NCBI GenBank assembly: GCA_036677365.1
Contig: JAVBWN010000008.1
Coordinates: 1 to 45,437 of the forward strand
Reading direction: 5' to 3'
From: Acholeplasma sp.
GTDB lineage: Bacteria > Bacillota_I > Bacilli_A > Acholeplasmatales > UBA5453
DNA length: 45,437 bases
Positions 19,037 through 28,232 of the stretch are shown here, one piece after another. The first letter of the stretch is position 1. Each line of letters begins with the position of its first letter. A program made the translations under genes and the position numbers. The notes under the pieces were generated by a model. It made no database searches, was not told the DNA's origin, and saw nothing but the letters and a program-made list of their open reading frames with translations.

Positions 19037-20008
19037 CTAAATATCAATACTTTCCGCGGATTGAAACTCAAAACTGAATAGCAATGTGTCTTCATATATC
19101 GCATCGAATGAATCAGCGTCCCAGCCTTCAATCCAAATATTCAATCTAAACTTTCCCATATAATAGGTTCTGTTTTGATTATTCACTTGATCGGTAGCGA
19201 TTAATGTTGCAACCTTTGAATTTGAATCAAGTGGTATGTATGGATTATCAGGTGAAAAGTTTGACAAGCGTTCAATGAGTGGTTGTGGTGTTGTTGGTAA
19301 TTGTATAAACACCGCTTTCGATTTTCTTAAATAATCTACACCACCATAGTTTTTACCATAACCACGATCCGGATTTTCCGTCGGGTCATAGATGAAACTC
19401 ACCAATTCACTGTTATCTCTTGTATCCAAGGGATTATCTGTTTTCAATTCGGTAATTGAAATCCTTATCGCATCTTTAGCGTAATAAGTTCTGATTTCAT
19501 TTTCGAACACGATGTCATCTGGTCCAAGATTGAATGTCACTGGACTTCTAAATGGTACACCTTTAGATAGCACATATGTTCCGCGAGTTGGAGGGCTATC
19601 AAATGTGCCGGTTGAACTGACGTTGTTGACGAGATAGACATCTCTGTAGCGCGTGGTTGAACGTACATACAATTCTAATGAAATGTAGTTGCCATTCGGA
19701 ACGCCTTCGAAATTCAATTCTGCATCTACCAACTGGATTCTGTTACCGATGAAGTTTGTGCCATCGGTAGAAGTCAAATCCATCAGTCTGGCACCTCGCC
19801 AAATTTGGTTAACTTGTTCTGTCGTGATTTCACTGGACCAGTTGATGCCATCCAATGAAAATTCTAGGTTACTGCCTTGATTCATGGTGAGTTGAAAACC
19901 GTCGACTCTATTGGTTTCCCCCATACTAACCCACGCGAAGGTGGCTGTTGTGAAGGTCAATGTGAGCAGGATCATCGATAGCGCTGTAATATAAAGTTTC
20001 TTAATCAT
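19037..20008 (-). CDS. Secreted protein with SipW-type signal peptide, paralogue of 17956-18960
   Basis: TATFA|WVS; shares LTS..G, LY(V/F)RS and WIEGWDADSFDAI with its neighbour. Confidence 0.7.
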   Translation of the reverse strand: MIKKLYITALSMILLTLTFTTATFAWVSMGETNRVDGFQLTMNQGSNLEFSLDGINWSSEITTEQVNQIWRGARLMDLTSTDGTNFIGNRIQLVDAELNFEGVPNGNYISLELYVRSTTRYRDVYLVNNVSSTGTFDSPPTRGTYVLSKGVPFRSPVTFNLGPDDIVFENEIRTYYAKDAIRISITELKTDNPLDTRDNSELVSFIYDPTENPDRGYGKNYGGVDYLRKSKAVFIQLPTTPQPLIERLSNFSPDNPYIPLDSNSKVATLIATDQVNNQNRTYYMGKFRLNIWIEGWDADSFDAIYEDTLLFSFEFQSAESIDI

Positions 20009-20012
20009 AGGC

Positions 20013-20753
20013 TTATGCCGCCGCGTTTCTGATGCCGAACTTCATATCAATTTTGATGCTACCGCGTTCCATGTTCGGTTCTGTATCATACCCTTCAATC
20101 CACATGAATACAGTAAATTTTAATACTTTTTGGGTTTGTAACTTTTCGATGGTCTCACTGATGATTGGGTCTCTGCTGTAGTTTTCACTCAGAAAGTTTT
20201 TTGCTTGTGGCATCCCAATCGGATAGTTCTTCGGTGTCGTATCCGGTTTCATATACATCTGTTGTGTGTAACCGAATGGCTCTGCACCTACTTGTTCAAC
20301 AAGAATCATGATTCGGATGTATTCATCCAGACTCTTCGTTACTTCCACGATGTTGATCGAGTAAGTCAAGTTGATCATTTCAAAGCCATTGTTTCTCACA
20401 AAGAATGAATAAGCCAGATAATCGGCATCGGGGTCCTCGTAAAGACCAACCCCACCTTGTGCTTCTGCAATTTTTAGATAACTGTAGGTTGCTTCATCGG
20501 TGTTTTCTTTCGGATCGACGTACAATCGAGAGGTTGCGCTATTTTCTCCAAATAATGGATCTAAGGATAACTGAATCCCTTTCGCAACTGCCTCTTCGTT
20601 CATCGATATGACGAATGAACCGGTGGATAACCCGTAAAATGTGACAACCCCAAATCCGAGTGAAAGTAGACCCGATATGATAACGCCTAGCGTTAAGAAT
20701 CTAGCCGTCATTGTGGTTGTCTTCTTGATCCCAAGAACGGTTGAAAGTCTCAT
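20013..20753 (-). CDS. Membrane-anchored WIEG-motif protein, distant paralogue of the two downstream genes
   Basis: N-terminal TM without a TFAW site; FFVRNNG, IRIMI and FMWIEGYD...IKIDMKF. Confidence 0.65.
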   Translation of the reverse strand: MRLSTVLGIKKTTTMTARFLTLGVIISGLLSLGFGVVTFYGLSTGSFVISMNEEAVAKGIQLSLDPLFGENSATSRLYVDPKENTDEATYSYLKIAEAQGGVGLYEDPDADYLAYSFFVRNNGFEMINLTYSINIVEVTKSLDEYIRIMILVEQVGAEPFGYTQQMYMKPDTTPKNYPIGMPQAKNFLSENYSRDPIISETIEKLQTQKVLKFTVFMWIEGYDTEPNMERGSIKIDMKFGIRNAAA

Positions 20754-20789
20754 ATCTCACACCCCTTGTTCGTAAACAACTGTTTTTTT

Positions 20790-20829
20790 ATAACAAAAAG
20801 CCAGCTGTCACGAAAAATGACAACTGGCT
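20790..20829 (-). terminator. Riboswitch expression-platform terminator
   Basis: Minus strand AGCCAGTTGTCA-tttttcg-TGACAGCTGGCT-TTTTGTT; the 5' arm overlaps the aptamer 3' end. Confidence 0.85.
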
Positions 20830-20895
20830 ACCATTTATATAGGCCCTATAGCTTTGCGTCACTAGATTTCTCTAGTTTTGCCTTTAACATTAGTT
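20812..20895 (-). promoter_or_regulatory. Cyclic di-GMP-I (GEMM) riboswitch
   Basis: Minus strand GGCAAAACTAGA-GAAA-TCTAGTGACGCAAAGCTATAGGGCCTA...GGTAGCCAGTTGTC: GNRA-capped P2, GACGCAAAGC junction and P3 match the class consensus. Confidence 0.93.
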
Positions 20896-20914
20896 TGAAT
20901 TTTACTACACCTAT

Positions 20915-20943
20915 AATATACACCCGATAAAAAAGAATGTCAA
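20915..20943 (-). promoter_or_regulatory. Sigma-A-type promoter upstream of the c-di-GMP riboswitch
   Basis: TTGACA-N17-TATATT. Confidence 0.8.
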
Positions 20944-20962
20944 CAGTTTTGAAATATTTTTT

Positions 20963-22387
20963 TTATAATTGGATGAGTTTAGATAAATCGGTTTCTTTAT
21001 AGTATGTTTTCAAATTCTCAAATGACATCGGACGGGCAAAATAGAATCCCTGAACTATATGGATATTGTAGCCAGCAATGGTTTGTAACATCTGTTCGTT
21101 TTCAATGCCTTCTGAAATGATCGTTTTTTGATTTTTCTCAGCAAATTCAACGAGTAACGTTACGAATCTGGATTTAACATAAGAATGCTCTTCATTTAAG
21201 AATTCTTTCGAGAGCTTGATGGTATCAAGTGGCATCGATTCTAGTTTTGCTAACGTCGCGTAGTCTAGTCCAAAACCATCGACAGCGAACTGGAAGCCTA
21301 AGGCTTTGAGTTGTGTGATGTTTTGTAAGACGACATTGTGTCTATCGAATAACGCGAATTCAACGATTTCTAGGATGATGTTTTCTGCATTCATCTTATA
21401 CTTCTTGAGTACCCTTTGAAAGTCCACAGCCAATGCTTCATTCATCAACTGTTTCGGGCTGATGTTAAATGTAAACTTGATGTTGGCTTTCGGGAAGCTT
21501 TGTTTGAATTCATAGTAACTCTTGATTAAAGATTCCAATCCCCACAGACCTACCCAATAAATATCCCCAGATTGTTCCATGATGTTGATGAACTTAAATG
21601 GTGACAAGAGCCCATGTTCTGGGTGATTCCATCTTAAGAGGGCTTCAACCCCATAAACTTCTTTGGTTTGGATATCCACGATTGGGTGGTAATATAGTAA
21701 GAATTCTTTTTTCGCGATGGCGTTTTTGATTTGATAATAGTAATCCAAGAATTCGCTTTCGGTTTCACTCATGTCTTCACTATAGAGACGAATCGCATTA
21801 CCACCGGTCTTTTTAACGGTGTAGTTGGCGAGCTTCAATGAGTTTAATAAAGATTTCGTATTTTCGCCGTGCATTGGGTAATATGCAATCGAAATCGACG
21901 AAGTCAAATTGACATCGGTAGATCCGAATAAAGTGATGGTTTCATTGATTTGTTCTTGGATTTTTCTTGAAAACTCCACCGCATCCGATTGGTCAAATTC
22001 CATTGGCATAAAAATAACAAAAATGTCATTTTCAAAACGTGCCGCCTTGACTTCTTTTGGTAAGACCCCACGGATACGCTTTGTAATCTTTTCAATCATT
22101 TTATTGGCTTCTTTTTCACCAAAGGCTTGAATGATTTCAGAAAAACGGTCGATATCGATGTAAACCAGTGAAAACATATTGTCTTTACCGATTTTTGAGA
22201 TGTAGTTGGTAATCATGCTGTTCATCGCTGATCGGGAGATGATCCCTTCGACCAAAATGGATTTTTCTTCTTTCCACTTTTGTTCAGCGTATTTCCAATT
22301 GACATAAAGGAAATATGAAGCGACCGCAGTCGCAATCATCAAGAACAACATCAATATGACGGCTAAGGTTGGACTCATGTTTTGCAT
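20963..22387 (-). CDS. Membrane-anchored GGDEF-EAL protein, both domains degenerate
   Basis: One TM. DIDRF..I is present but the active site reads ENDIF. EALLRW, EIVE, SEGIE and QGFYF are present, but DDFGTG reads DGFGLD. Confidence 0.88.
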   Translation of the reverse strand: MQNMSPTLAVILMLFLMIATAVASYFLYVNWKYAEQKWKEEKSILVEGIISRSAMNSMITNYISKIGKDNMFSLVYIDIDRFSEIIQAFGEKEANKMIEKITKRIRGVLPKEVKAARFENDIFVIFMPMEFDQSDAVEFSRKIQEQINETITLFGSTDVNLTSSISIAYYPMHGENTKSLLNSLKLANYTVKKTGGNAIRLYSEDMSETESEFLDYYYQIKNAIAKKEFLLYYHPIVDIQTKEVYGVEALLRWNHPEHGLLSPFKFINIMEQSGDIYWVGLWGLESLIKSYYEFKQSFPKANIKFTFNISPKQLMNEALAVDFQRVLKKYKMNAENIILEIVEFALFDRHNVVLQNITQLKALGFQFAVDGFGLDYATLAKLESMPLDTIKLSKEFLNEEHSYVKSRFVTLLVEFAEKNQKTIISEGIENEQMLQTIAGYNIHIVQGFYFARPMSFENLKTYYKETDLSKLIQL

Positions 22388-22391
22388 AACA

Positions 22392-24929
22392 TTACCTCTT
22401 TCTTGTCAATGATGCAGATCTATCTATATTATATGCTTTTAAGAGCGCGATTGCATCTTCATATTTCATGGCTTTACCTAAATAGAAGCCTTGAATGATG
22501 TCTGCGCCACTCTTTTGTAAGAACTTAAATTGCTTCTCATCTTCGACCCCTTCTGCGATGATTTGTAGGTCTAGGTTTTTCGCGAGCGCGATGATCATAT
22601 TAATAATCGCGCGCGAGTGCTTATCGGCAGTGGAGTGTTTGACGAATTCTTTATCGATCTTAATGGCGTTGATTGGCAGTTCTTTTAGATACAAGAGTGA
22701 GCTGTACCCCGTACCAAAGTCATCCAAGTGAATGTCAAACCCTTTCGATTGTAAGAGTTTGAGTTTTTCAATGATGATATCAAACGAGGTCATCAAGAAG
22801 GTTTCTGTAATTTCGATCGATATCGAGTGTTCTTTTAGGCCATATTGTTCATACGCATTGACGAGTTCTGTAACGAACCCGGCTTGTAAGATTTGAACTG
22901 GAGAGACGTTCATCGATATCTTGATGTCGTAGTCTTCCATTTCTTTAGCCAGTTTGAAGGTTTCATTCATGACGATACGACCGATGTCGATGATCATATT
23001 ATTGTTTTCAGCAATCTCAATGAATTCCGAAGGTGAGTCGAGTTTGTATTTCGGATTATCCCAGCGTACCAATGCCTCAAATCCGACGATTTTTTCAGAA
23101 TTGATGTGGTATTGAGGTTGAAGATACATGACGAATTCATGACGTTCAATCCCAGTCATCATGTCGGTTTCAATGACTTGTCTTCTGGATAAACTTTGCC
23201 CGAAAGTGACGTCATAAACTACGGGTTTTTGTGAGTGGTAAGCGGCCGCACGGTTGAGGGCTAAAATCGCGTTATCATAGACCTGATCTTCATGGATGGA
23301 AACATATTCATCGCTATCAATATTGAATTGACCAATTCTAAATTGTAAAACGAACTTGTTCTTGTCCACATCAATCGGTTTTTCGAAAGCTTCGGTTAAA
23401 CGGTCAGCCCATGTTTCAATCTTTTCATAATTTTCAAGGTTTTCAAACAATATACCAAAGCGGTCAAATGAGATGTGGTATAAGGATGCTTGGAAATCTT
23501 TTAAGGTTTCCTTAACTGTTTTCGCTACATAGATTAAAACTTCACCAGACAACTTTTCACCGATGACTTTGGTAATATCGCCATACTTAAAAATCCCGAA
23601 AATGACTAAAGCGTTTCGATGTTTGAAACGTTTTTCATCCCCAACCAATGCTTTAACATCGGCTTTCATATAGTTCATGTTCGGTTCATTGGTGATGTTG
23701 TTATAAAAGGCAATTTCTCTGTGATATTTATAGGTTTCTTCGAGTTTAGTGATGTCATCCCCAACGAGTGCATACGTCAATGCATAACGCACAGGGATGA
23801 AGCGAATGTATATTTCACCTGAAGGTACTGCGAATTTCGCAACAAATGGTTCTTGTTTTTTCATCTTTTCAAACGCTTCGGTACCACCATCACGCAGTGG
23901 AATATCCGAGACGTTTTTATATTTTTTAAAGTTACGGATGTTGCGTTTGAAACTGGCATTATAAAAGAATATTTTGCCTTTACCGTTGACTTTTAATATG
24001 TATGGTTTGACATAATAATGGATCAGACGTGCGGATTCAATGTCCTCTGATTTCGAATCGAGGATGCGATAAACCGCGAACATGCTCGAAACAAACACAA
24101 TCATGATGATGATAAAAGCAAACATCAAACTGTTCGTCAAGAATGCCATCGAATCTAATAAATCATAATAGTTGATGACCTGACCAAAATAAATCCCACC
24201 GTCTGAAGTGATGGTTTGCATCTGGCTATAGGCGAAAAAGGAAGGTTCATTGAACATCGAAAACTGGCCAACCCCGGCAGTCATACTTGACCCGTTGATG
24301 CCTTGGAAGAATGCGGTTCTGTCGCTTTCAGAAAATACATTGCCAAACTGATCGGTATCATAATCGCCCGCTTGATCGACATACGTATATCCATCGCGAT
24401 GGAAAATGACGTAGCGGTATTTAAGTACGTTGAATGGTTCAACGATGGTATTGAAATAGTCGTGAGCGTCGATTAATGCGACAACATCATCATAGCTGAA
24501 TGCGACATAGTTGGTGGTGACATCATACCCATCTAAAACCAAACTGAGGGGGTAAATCGAAATATTTTGGTCAAAATAATTGGTATCCAAATACCGGAAT
24601 GAATAATTGTAAAATTGACCGTTCACCGTATACCCAGTTAAGGATTTAGAAACGACCAAATCATAGGCATTGATACCATTCAATTGGATGACTGGGTCTA
24701 AGCTTTGTTCGCGATATTCATCGACCATTTCTTTAAATGTATCGTAGGTTTGATTGAGCGTGACTTCAACTCGGGTAGAAATGCCAAGATTATAGGTTCT
24801 AAAGGATTCTTCTGCACGACTCGATATGAAGTTTCGTGTGATGGACATGTAAAAAAGCACCAACACGATGGAGAGGATTAAGAATAATGATGTGAATATG
24901 ATGGCTAAACGTAAACGATAACGACCCAT
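22392..24929 (-). CDS. Membrane sensor GGDEF-EAL protein, probable c-di-GMP phosphodiesterase
   Basis: TM, ~250-aa extracellular sensor, TM; GGDEF site reads SFDRF. The EAL domain is intact (EALVRW, EITE, DDFGTGYSSL, KIDK, EGVE, QGF). Start 24929 follows GAGGTG. Confidence 0.9.
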   Translation of the reverse strand: MGRYRLRLAIIFTSLFLILSIVLVLFYMSITRNFISSRAEESFRTYNLGISTRVEVTLNQTYDTFKEMVDEYREQSLDPVIQLNGINAYDLVVSKSLTGYTVNGQFYNYSFRYLDTNYFDQNISIYPLSLVLDGYDVTTNYVAFSYDDVVALIDAHDYFNTIVEPFNVLKYRYVIFHRDGYTYVDQAGDYDTDQFGNVFSESDRTAFFQGINGSSMTAGVGQFSMFNEPSFFAYSQMQTITSDGGIYFGQVINYYDLLDSMAFLTNSLMFAFIIIMIVFVSSMFAVYRILDSKSEDIESARLIHYYVKPYILKVNGKGKIFFYNASFKRNIRNFKKYKNVSDIPLRDGGTEAFEKMKKQEPFVAKFAVPSGEIYIRFIPVRYALTYALVGDDITKLEETYKYHREIAFYNNITNEPNMNYMKADVKALVGDEKRFKHRNALVIFGIFKYGDITKVIGEKLSGEVLIYVAKTVKETLKDFQASLYHISFDRFGILFENLENYEKIETWADRLTEAFEKPIDVDKNKFVLQFRIGQFNIDSDEYVSIHEDQVYDNAILALNRAAAYHSQKPVVYDVTFGQSLSRRQVIETDMMTGIERHEFVMYLQPQYHINSEKIVGFEALVRWDNPKYKLDSPSEFIEIAENNNMIIDIGRIVMNETFKLAKEMEDYDIKISMNVSPVQILQAGFVTELVNAYEQYGLKEHSISIEITETFLMTSFDIIIEKLKLLQSKGFDIHLDDFGTGYSSLLYLKELPINAIKIDKEFVKHSTADKHSRAIINMIIALAKNLDLQIIAEGVEDEKQFKFLQKSGADIIQGFYLGKAMKYEDAIALLKAYNIDRSASLTRKR

Positions 24930-25048
24930 ATGTGGTGCACCTCTATCGGATAAACTCAATTGAAATTGAAACATCCATGACATACTTCAAAAAACATCAG
25001 TGTGATGTCTCTTTAGGTAATATATACTTAATTATATCATTGATTAAG

Positions 25049-25085
25049 CAAAAAGCACGCATTTATCCAAAAACGGTGCTTTTTA
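25049..25085 (-). terminator. Possible terminator after the GH3 gene
   Basis: AAAAAGCAC...GTGCTTTTT inverted repeat. Confidence 0.5.
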
Positions 25086-25097
25086 CAAAATTCATTT

Positions 25098-28000
25098 TTA
25101 TTGATGTCGAACCAATTCAAGTCTTGAGATACTTAATCCGGTTCGTAAAGCTTTGATGGAGAACAAGAATTTACCTTGAGGGATGATGACTTGTGATGCG
25201 ATATGAATGGTTTTCCCATCGGTACCGTTGGTGGTCAACGTGGATAAAACGGTATCCCCTAGTAGAATCGAAATAGGCATTTGAGCGAGGCTACTTTGAT
25301 CACTTGAAATGGAGAGCTCTACGATGTATTTACCATACATAGGTACTTCTAAACCAAAGCTGATGAGACCATCTTTATCCAAGCTGATGACATTTTGATT
25401 CAAATGAATACCTTCGTTTTGATAGAGTGGTTGGTCAAGTGGTAACTTTGTTTTACCCCACGCATCGGTATTGACTTTGAGGACTTTACTCATCGTCACT
25501 TTATCTGAAATCGATTCGGTCGGTTTGCTTCTTTCAATGTTGGTGATCAAATACGTGTTTTGTTCTACCCCATTATTAACAATGATTAGGGCTGTATTCG
25601 CGTTCTTTTTGATCTGAATGTGGTGCTTTTCATGGGATATCGCTTCAACTACGAAATGGTTTTTAGATTTAATCACGTAATGACCGACCAGTGGATTGAA
25701 CCCCAACAAAGATTCCCCATTGATTTTAATGTCTTCCAATAGGGGTGTGAATAAATGCGGTGCTTTAAACTTAAAGTCGATGTCGTGTTGACGTCTAAAT
25801 GTCGGTGACTCCATCAAATAATGACAAATGTTTTTCGCTACCCTTTGGGCTTCGGCTTTGCTTAGGGAACCTTCTTTGAATGAAGCGATGGTATTGTCAT
25901 TCATGGAGTTGTTTAAAGCATCTACCACCACCATATATAAATCGTTTTGAGCTTGAATCATCGCTTTGGTGTTCGATTTATCCCCGGTTGAGGTTTCATC
26001 GTTCATCTTTGCCCACCAGTCGGTCATAATGATGCCTTTAAAGCCCCATTCTTTTCTGACGATGGTGGTGTTTAAATCATAGTTAGAAGCTGCCCAGATG
26101 CCATTAATTGGGTTATAACTGGTCATGATTGCTTTCGCATGGGCTTTTCTTACTGCGCGTTCGAAACCTTTCAAATAGATTTCTCGTAACGCACGTTCAG
26201 ACACAATCGAATCCGCGTCAAAACGTCTGTATTCTTGGTTGTTGGCTGCCAAGTGTTTCAAAGTCCCAGTCACACCCGCCGCTTGTAGACCAAAAATGAT
26301 GGCAGTAGCCATATCGCCAGTGAGTCTTGGGTCTTCTGAAAAGTATTCAAAGTTTCTACCACACAGTGGGTGACGGTGGATATTCATACCAGGCCCTAAC
26401 AAGATATCAATGTTATAAGACAACATTTCAATCCCGATTAAATAATACAAGCTTTCTAATAACTGTGTGTTGAATGTGGAAGCGAGCGCGGTACCGTTTG
26501 GTAGAGAGGTTGAAGGCATCCCTGAGTCCATACGAATCCCAGAAGGGCCATCGGAACAACACGCAATCGGTAAGCCATGAGCTTTTAATTTGTCTGTGAC
26601 ACCCCCGAATGCGGAGGCAGTCCCTGGGGTGACTTTGGGCGAAGACATCCCTTCACCGCGAACGATTTCAGACAATTCTGTCAATGAAAATTGTGAAACA
26701 AACGCATCTAAGGATACCTTATGTTGATACACATCGAGTAATGTACGCTTTTCTAAACACGTGTGCTGAATTTCTTTGGGTTGATTGTCTTTAATACGAT
26801 CAGCCATCTTATAGGTTCTCAAAGGGACAGATTCATAGGATTCTACCAATTTACCTTGTTTCAAAACAGGTTTCAAACGTTCAAAAGGTTGGATTGGACG
26901 AAGGGCCTCTTGATGGGTTTCAATCAGTTCTGTGTCATGGATTTCAAATTCAAAGAAACTAAAATCGGTTTTAACATCCGTAGATAAAGTCAATTGATAA
27001 AAGCCTTTTTCCAATACATAAGATGAAAAATACCCTGTGACACCGACTTCGTCGTAGGAGGCGAAATCGTATTTTTCAAATTGAATATATACCGTATCGG
27101 TTTCATTTGGTTGTAAAAGGGCGGTTTTGACAAACCCAACCAAGGATTTGAATGGTTTTCCTAATAACCCTTGTGGGGCTTTGATATAGGCTTGGATCAC
27201 GGCTTTACCTGGATAATTACCGGTATTTTTGACATCGATTTCATATTCGAACGGACGGTTGGTTTCTCTGGCATGATAATCAAATGTGGTATAAGATAAA
27301 CCAAACCCAAACGGATATCTGACGGCTTCTGGTTTAAAAGTTTCAAAATAGCGGTAGCCCACATAGATATCTTCAGCATAAATATTTGTATCGTGTCCAC
27401 CAAAATGTTTCGTTGACGGGTAATCTTCTACGTGATAGGCAAATGTGTCTGGTAATTTACCGGAAGGGGTAAATACACCGGTTAAAATGTCGGATACTGC
27501 ACGGCCACCTTCTTGGCCACCATGCCATACATACAATAACCCTTGAATTGGGTATTGGTCCATGAAAGATAAATCCATGGTGTTGCCCACATTCATGATG
27601 ACAACGACTTTTTTAAAGTTAGAGGCTACTTGTTTGATCATATCGGTTTCTAAATCCGATAGATAATAAGACCCCTTGGTTAAGGTGTTGTCTTTGTCTT
27701 CACCAGCAGTTCTACCAATACATACGATAGCCACCTCAGAAAATGCTTTGGCTTGTTTTAGGGTAGCTTCATCCAAAGCCATTTCCACTTGGCTCCAAGG
27801 TTCGCTGGCCCACATCCCTGAACCCGCATTGAATGGGTGGTCTTTTTCCCACACCCTATAAGTATTTAACAATGTTTTATTGACTTCAACCAATGGGTTT
27901 TCTAAGAGTGCTTCGATGATCGATGTGGTATAGTCCACATTGACCAAGCCACCAGACCCGGTGCCACTTTTGTAATAATTGGTTTGAATACGACCAAAAA

Positions 28001-28148
28001 CGTTGATTTTAACGTTCTGTAAAGGTAGGATGTCCTTTTCATTTTTGAGTAAGACAATCCCTTCGGTCGCGGCGATTCTGGATAAGTCTTTCAACCCTTG
28101 GAGTGGTTTCATTTCCAATGGTTTAAAGCGTTCTAAGTAAGATTTCAT
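25098..28148 (-). CDS. Glycoside hydrolase family 3 beta-glucosidase with permuted domain order
   Basis: The GH3_C region comes first (EGIVLLKN, PSGKLPDT, YVGYRY, PFGFGLSY), then Fn3-like, then GH3_N (DGPSG, GRNFEYFSEDP, KH, MTDWW nucleophile), then an extra C-terminal beta domain. Start 28148 follows GAGGTG. Confidence 0.92.
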   Translation of the reverse strand: MKSYLERFKPLEMKPLQGLKDLSRIAATEGIVLLKNEKDILPLQNVKINVFGRIQTNYYKSGTGSGGLVNVDYTTSIIEALLENPLVEVNKTLLNTYRVWEKDHPFNAGSGMWASEPWSQVEMALDEATLKQAKAFSEVAIVCIGRTAGEDKDNTLTKGSYYLSDLETDMIKQVASNFKKVVVIMNVGNTMDLSFMDQYPIQGLLYVWHGGQEGGRAVSDILTGVFTPSGKLPDTFAYHVEDYPSTKHFGGHDTNIYAEDIYVGYRYFETFKPEAVRYPFGFGLSYTTFDYHARETNRPFEYEIDVKNTGNYPGKAVIQAYIKAPQGLLGKPFKSLVGFVKTALLQPNETDTVYIQFEKYDFASYDEVGVTGYFSSYVLEKGFYQLTLSTDVKTDFSFFEFEIHDTELIETHQEALRPIQPFERLKPVLKQGKLVESYESVPLRTYKMADRIKDNQPKEIQHTCLEKRTLLDVYQHKVSLDAFVSQFSLTELSEIVRGEGMSSPKVTPGTASAFGGVTDKLKAHGLPIACCSDGPSGIRMDSGMPSTSLPNGTALASTFNTQLLESLYYLIGIEMLSYNIDILLGPGMNIHRHPLCGRNFEYFSEDPRLTGDMATAIIFGLQAAGVTGTLKHLAANNQEYRRFDADSIVSERALREIYLKGFERAVRKAHAKAIMTSYNPINGIWAASNYDLNTTIVRKEWGFKGIIMTDWWAKMNDETSTGDKSNTKAMIQAQNDLYMVVVDALNNSMNDNTIASFKEGSLSKAEAQRVAKNICHYLMESPTFRRQHDIDFKFKAPHLFTPLLEDIKINGESLLGFNPLVGHYVIKSKNHFVVEAISHEKHHIQIKKNANTALIIVNNGVEQNTYLITNIERSKPTESISDKVTMSKVLKVNTDAWGKTKLPLDQPLYQNEGIHLNQNVISLDKDGLISFGLEVPMYGKYIVELSISSDQSSLAQMPISILLGDTVLSTLTTNGTDGKTIHIASQVIIPQGKFLFSIKALRTGLSISRLELVRHQ

Positions 28149-28183
28149 AAAAAACACCTCTTCGGAATACATATCTATTATAA

Positions 28184-28197
28184 TGAAATCGGTTTCC
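28184..28197. promoter_or_regulatory. LacI/CcpA (cre)-like operator in the GH3 promoter
   Basis: TGAAATCGGTTTCC lies immediately upstream of a minus-strand TATAAT (28177-28182). Confidence 0.5.
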
Positions 28198-28206
28198 TTT
28201 TTCCAG

Positions 28207-28232
28207 TAAAAAAAGGTTACAAATCGTAACCT
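28207..28232 (-). terminator. Terminator of the M28 peptidase gene
   Basis: AGGTTAC-aaatc-GTAACCT with a minus-strand T-run. Confidence 0.7.
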
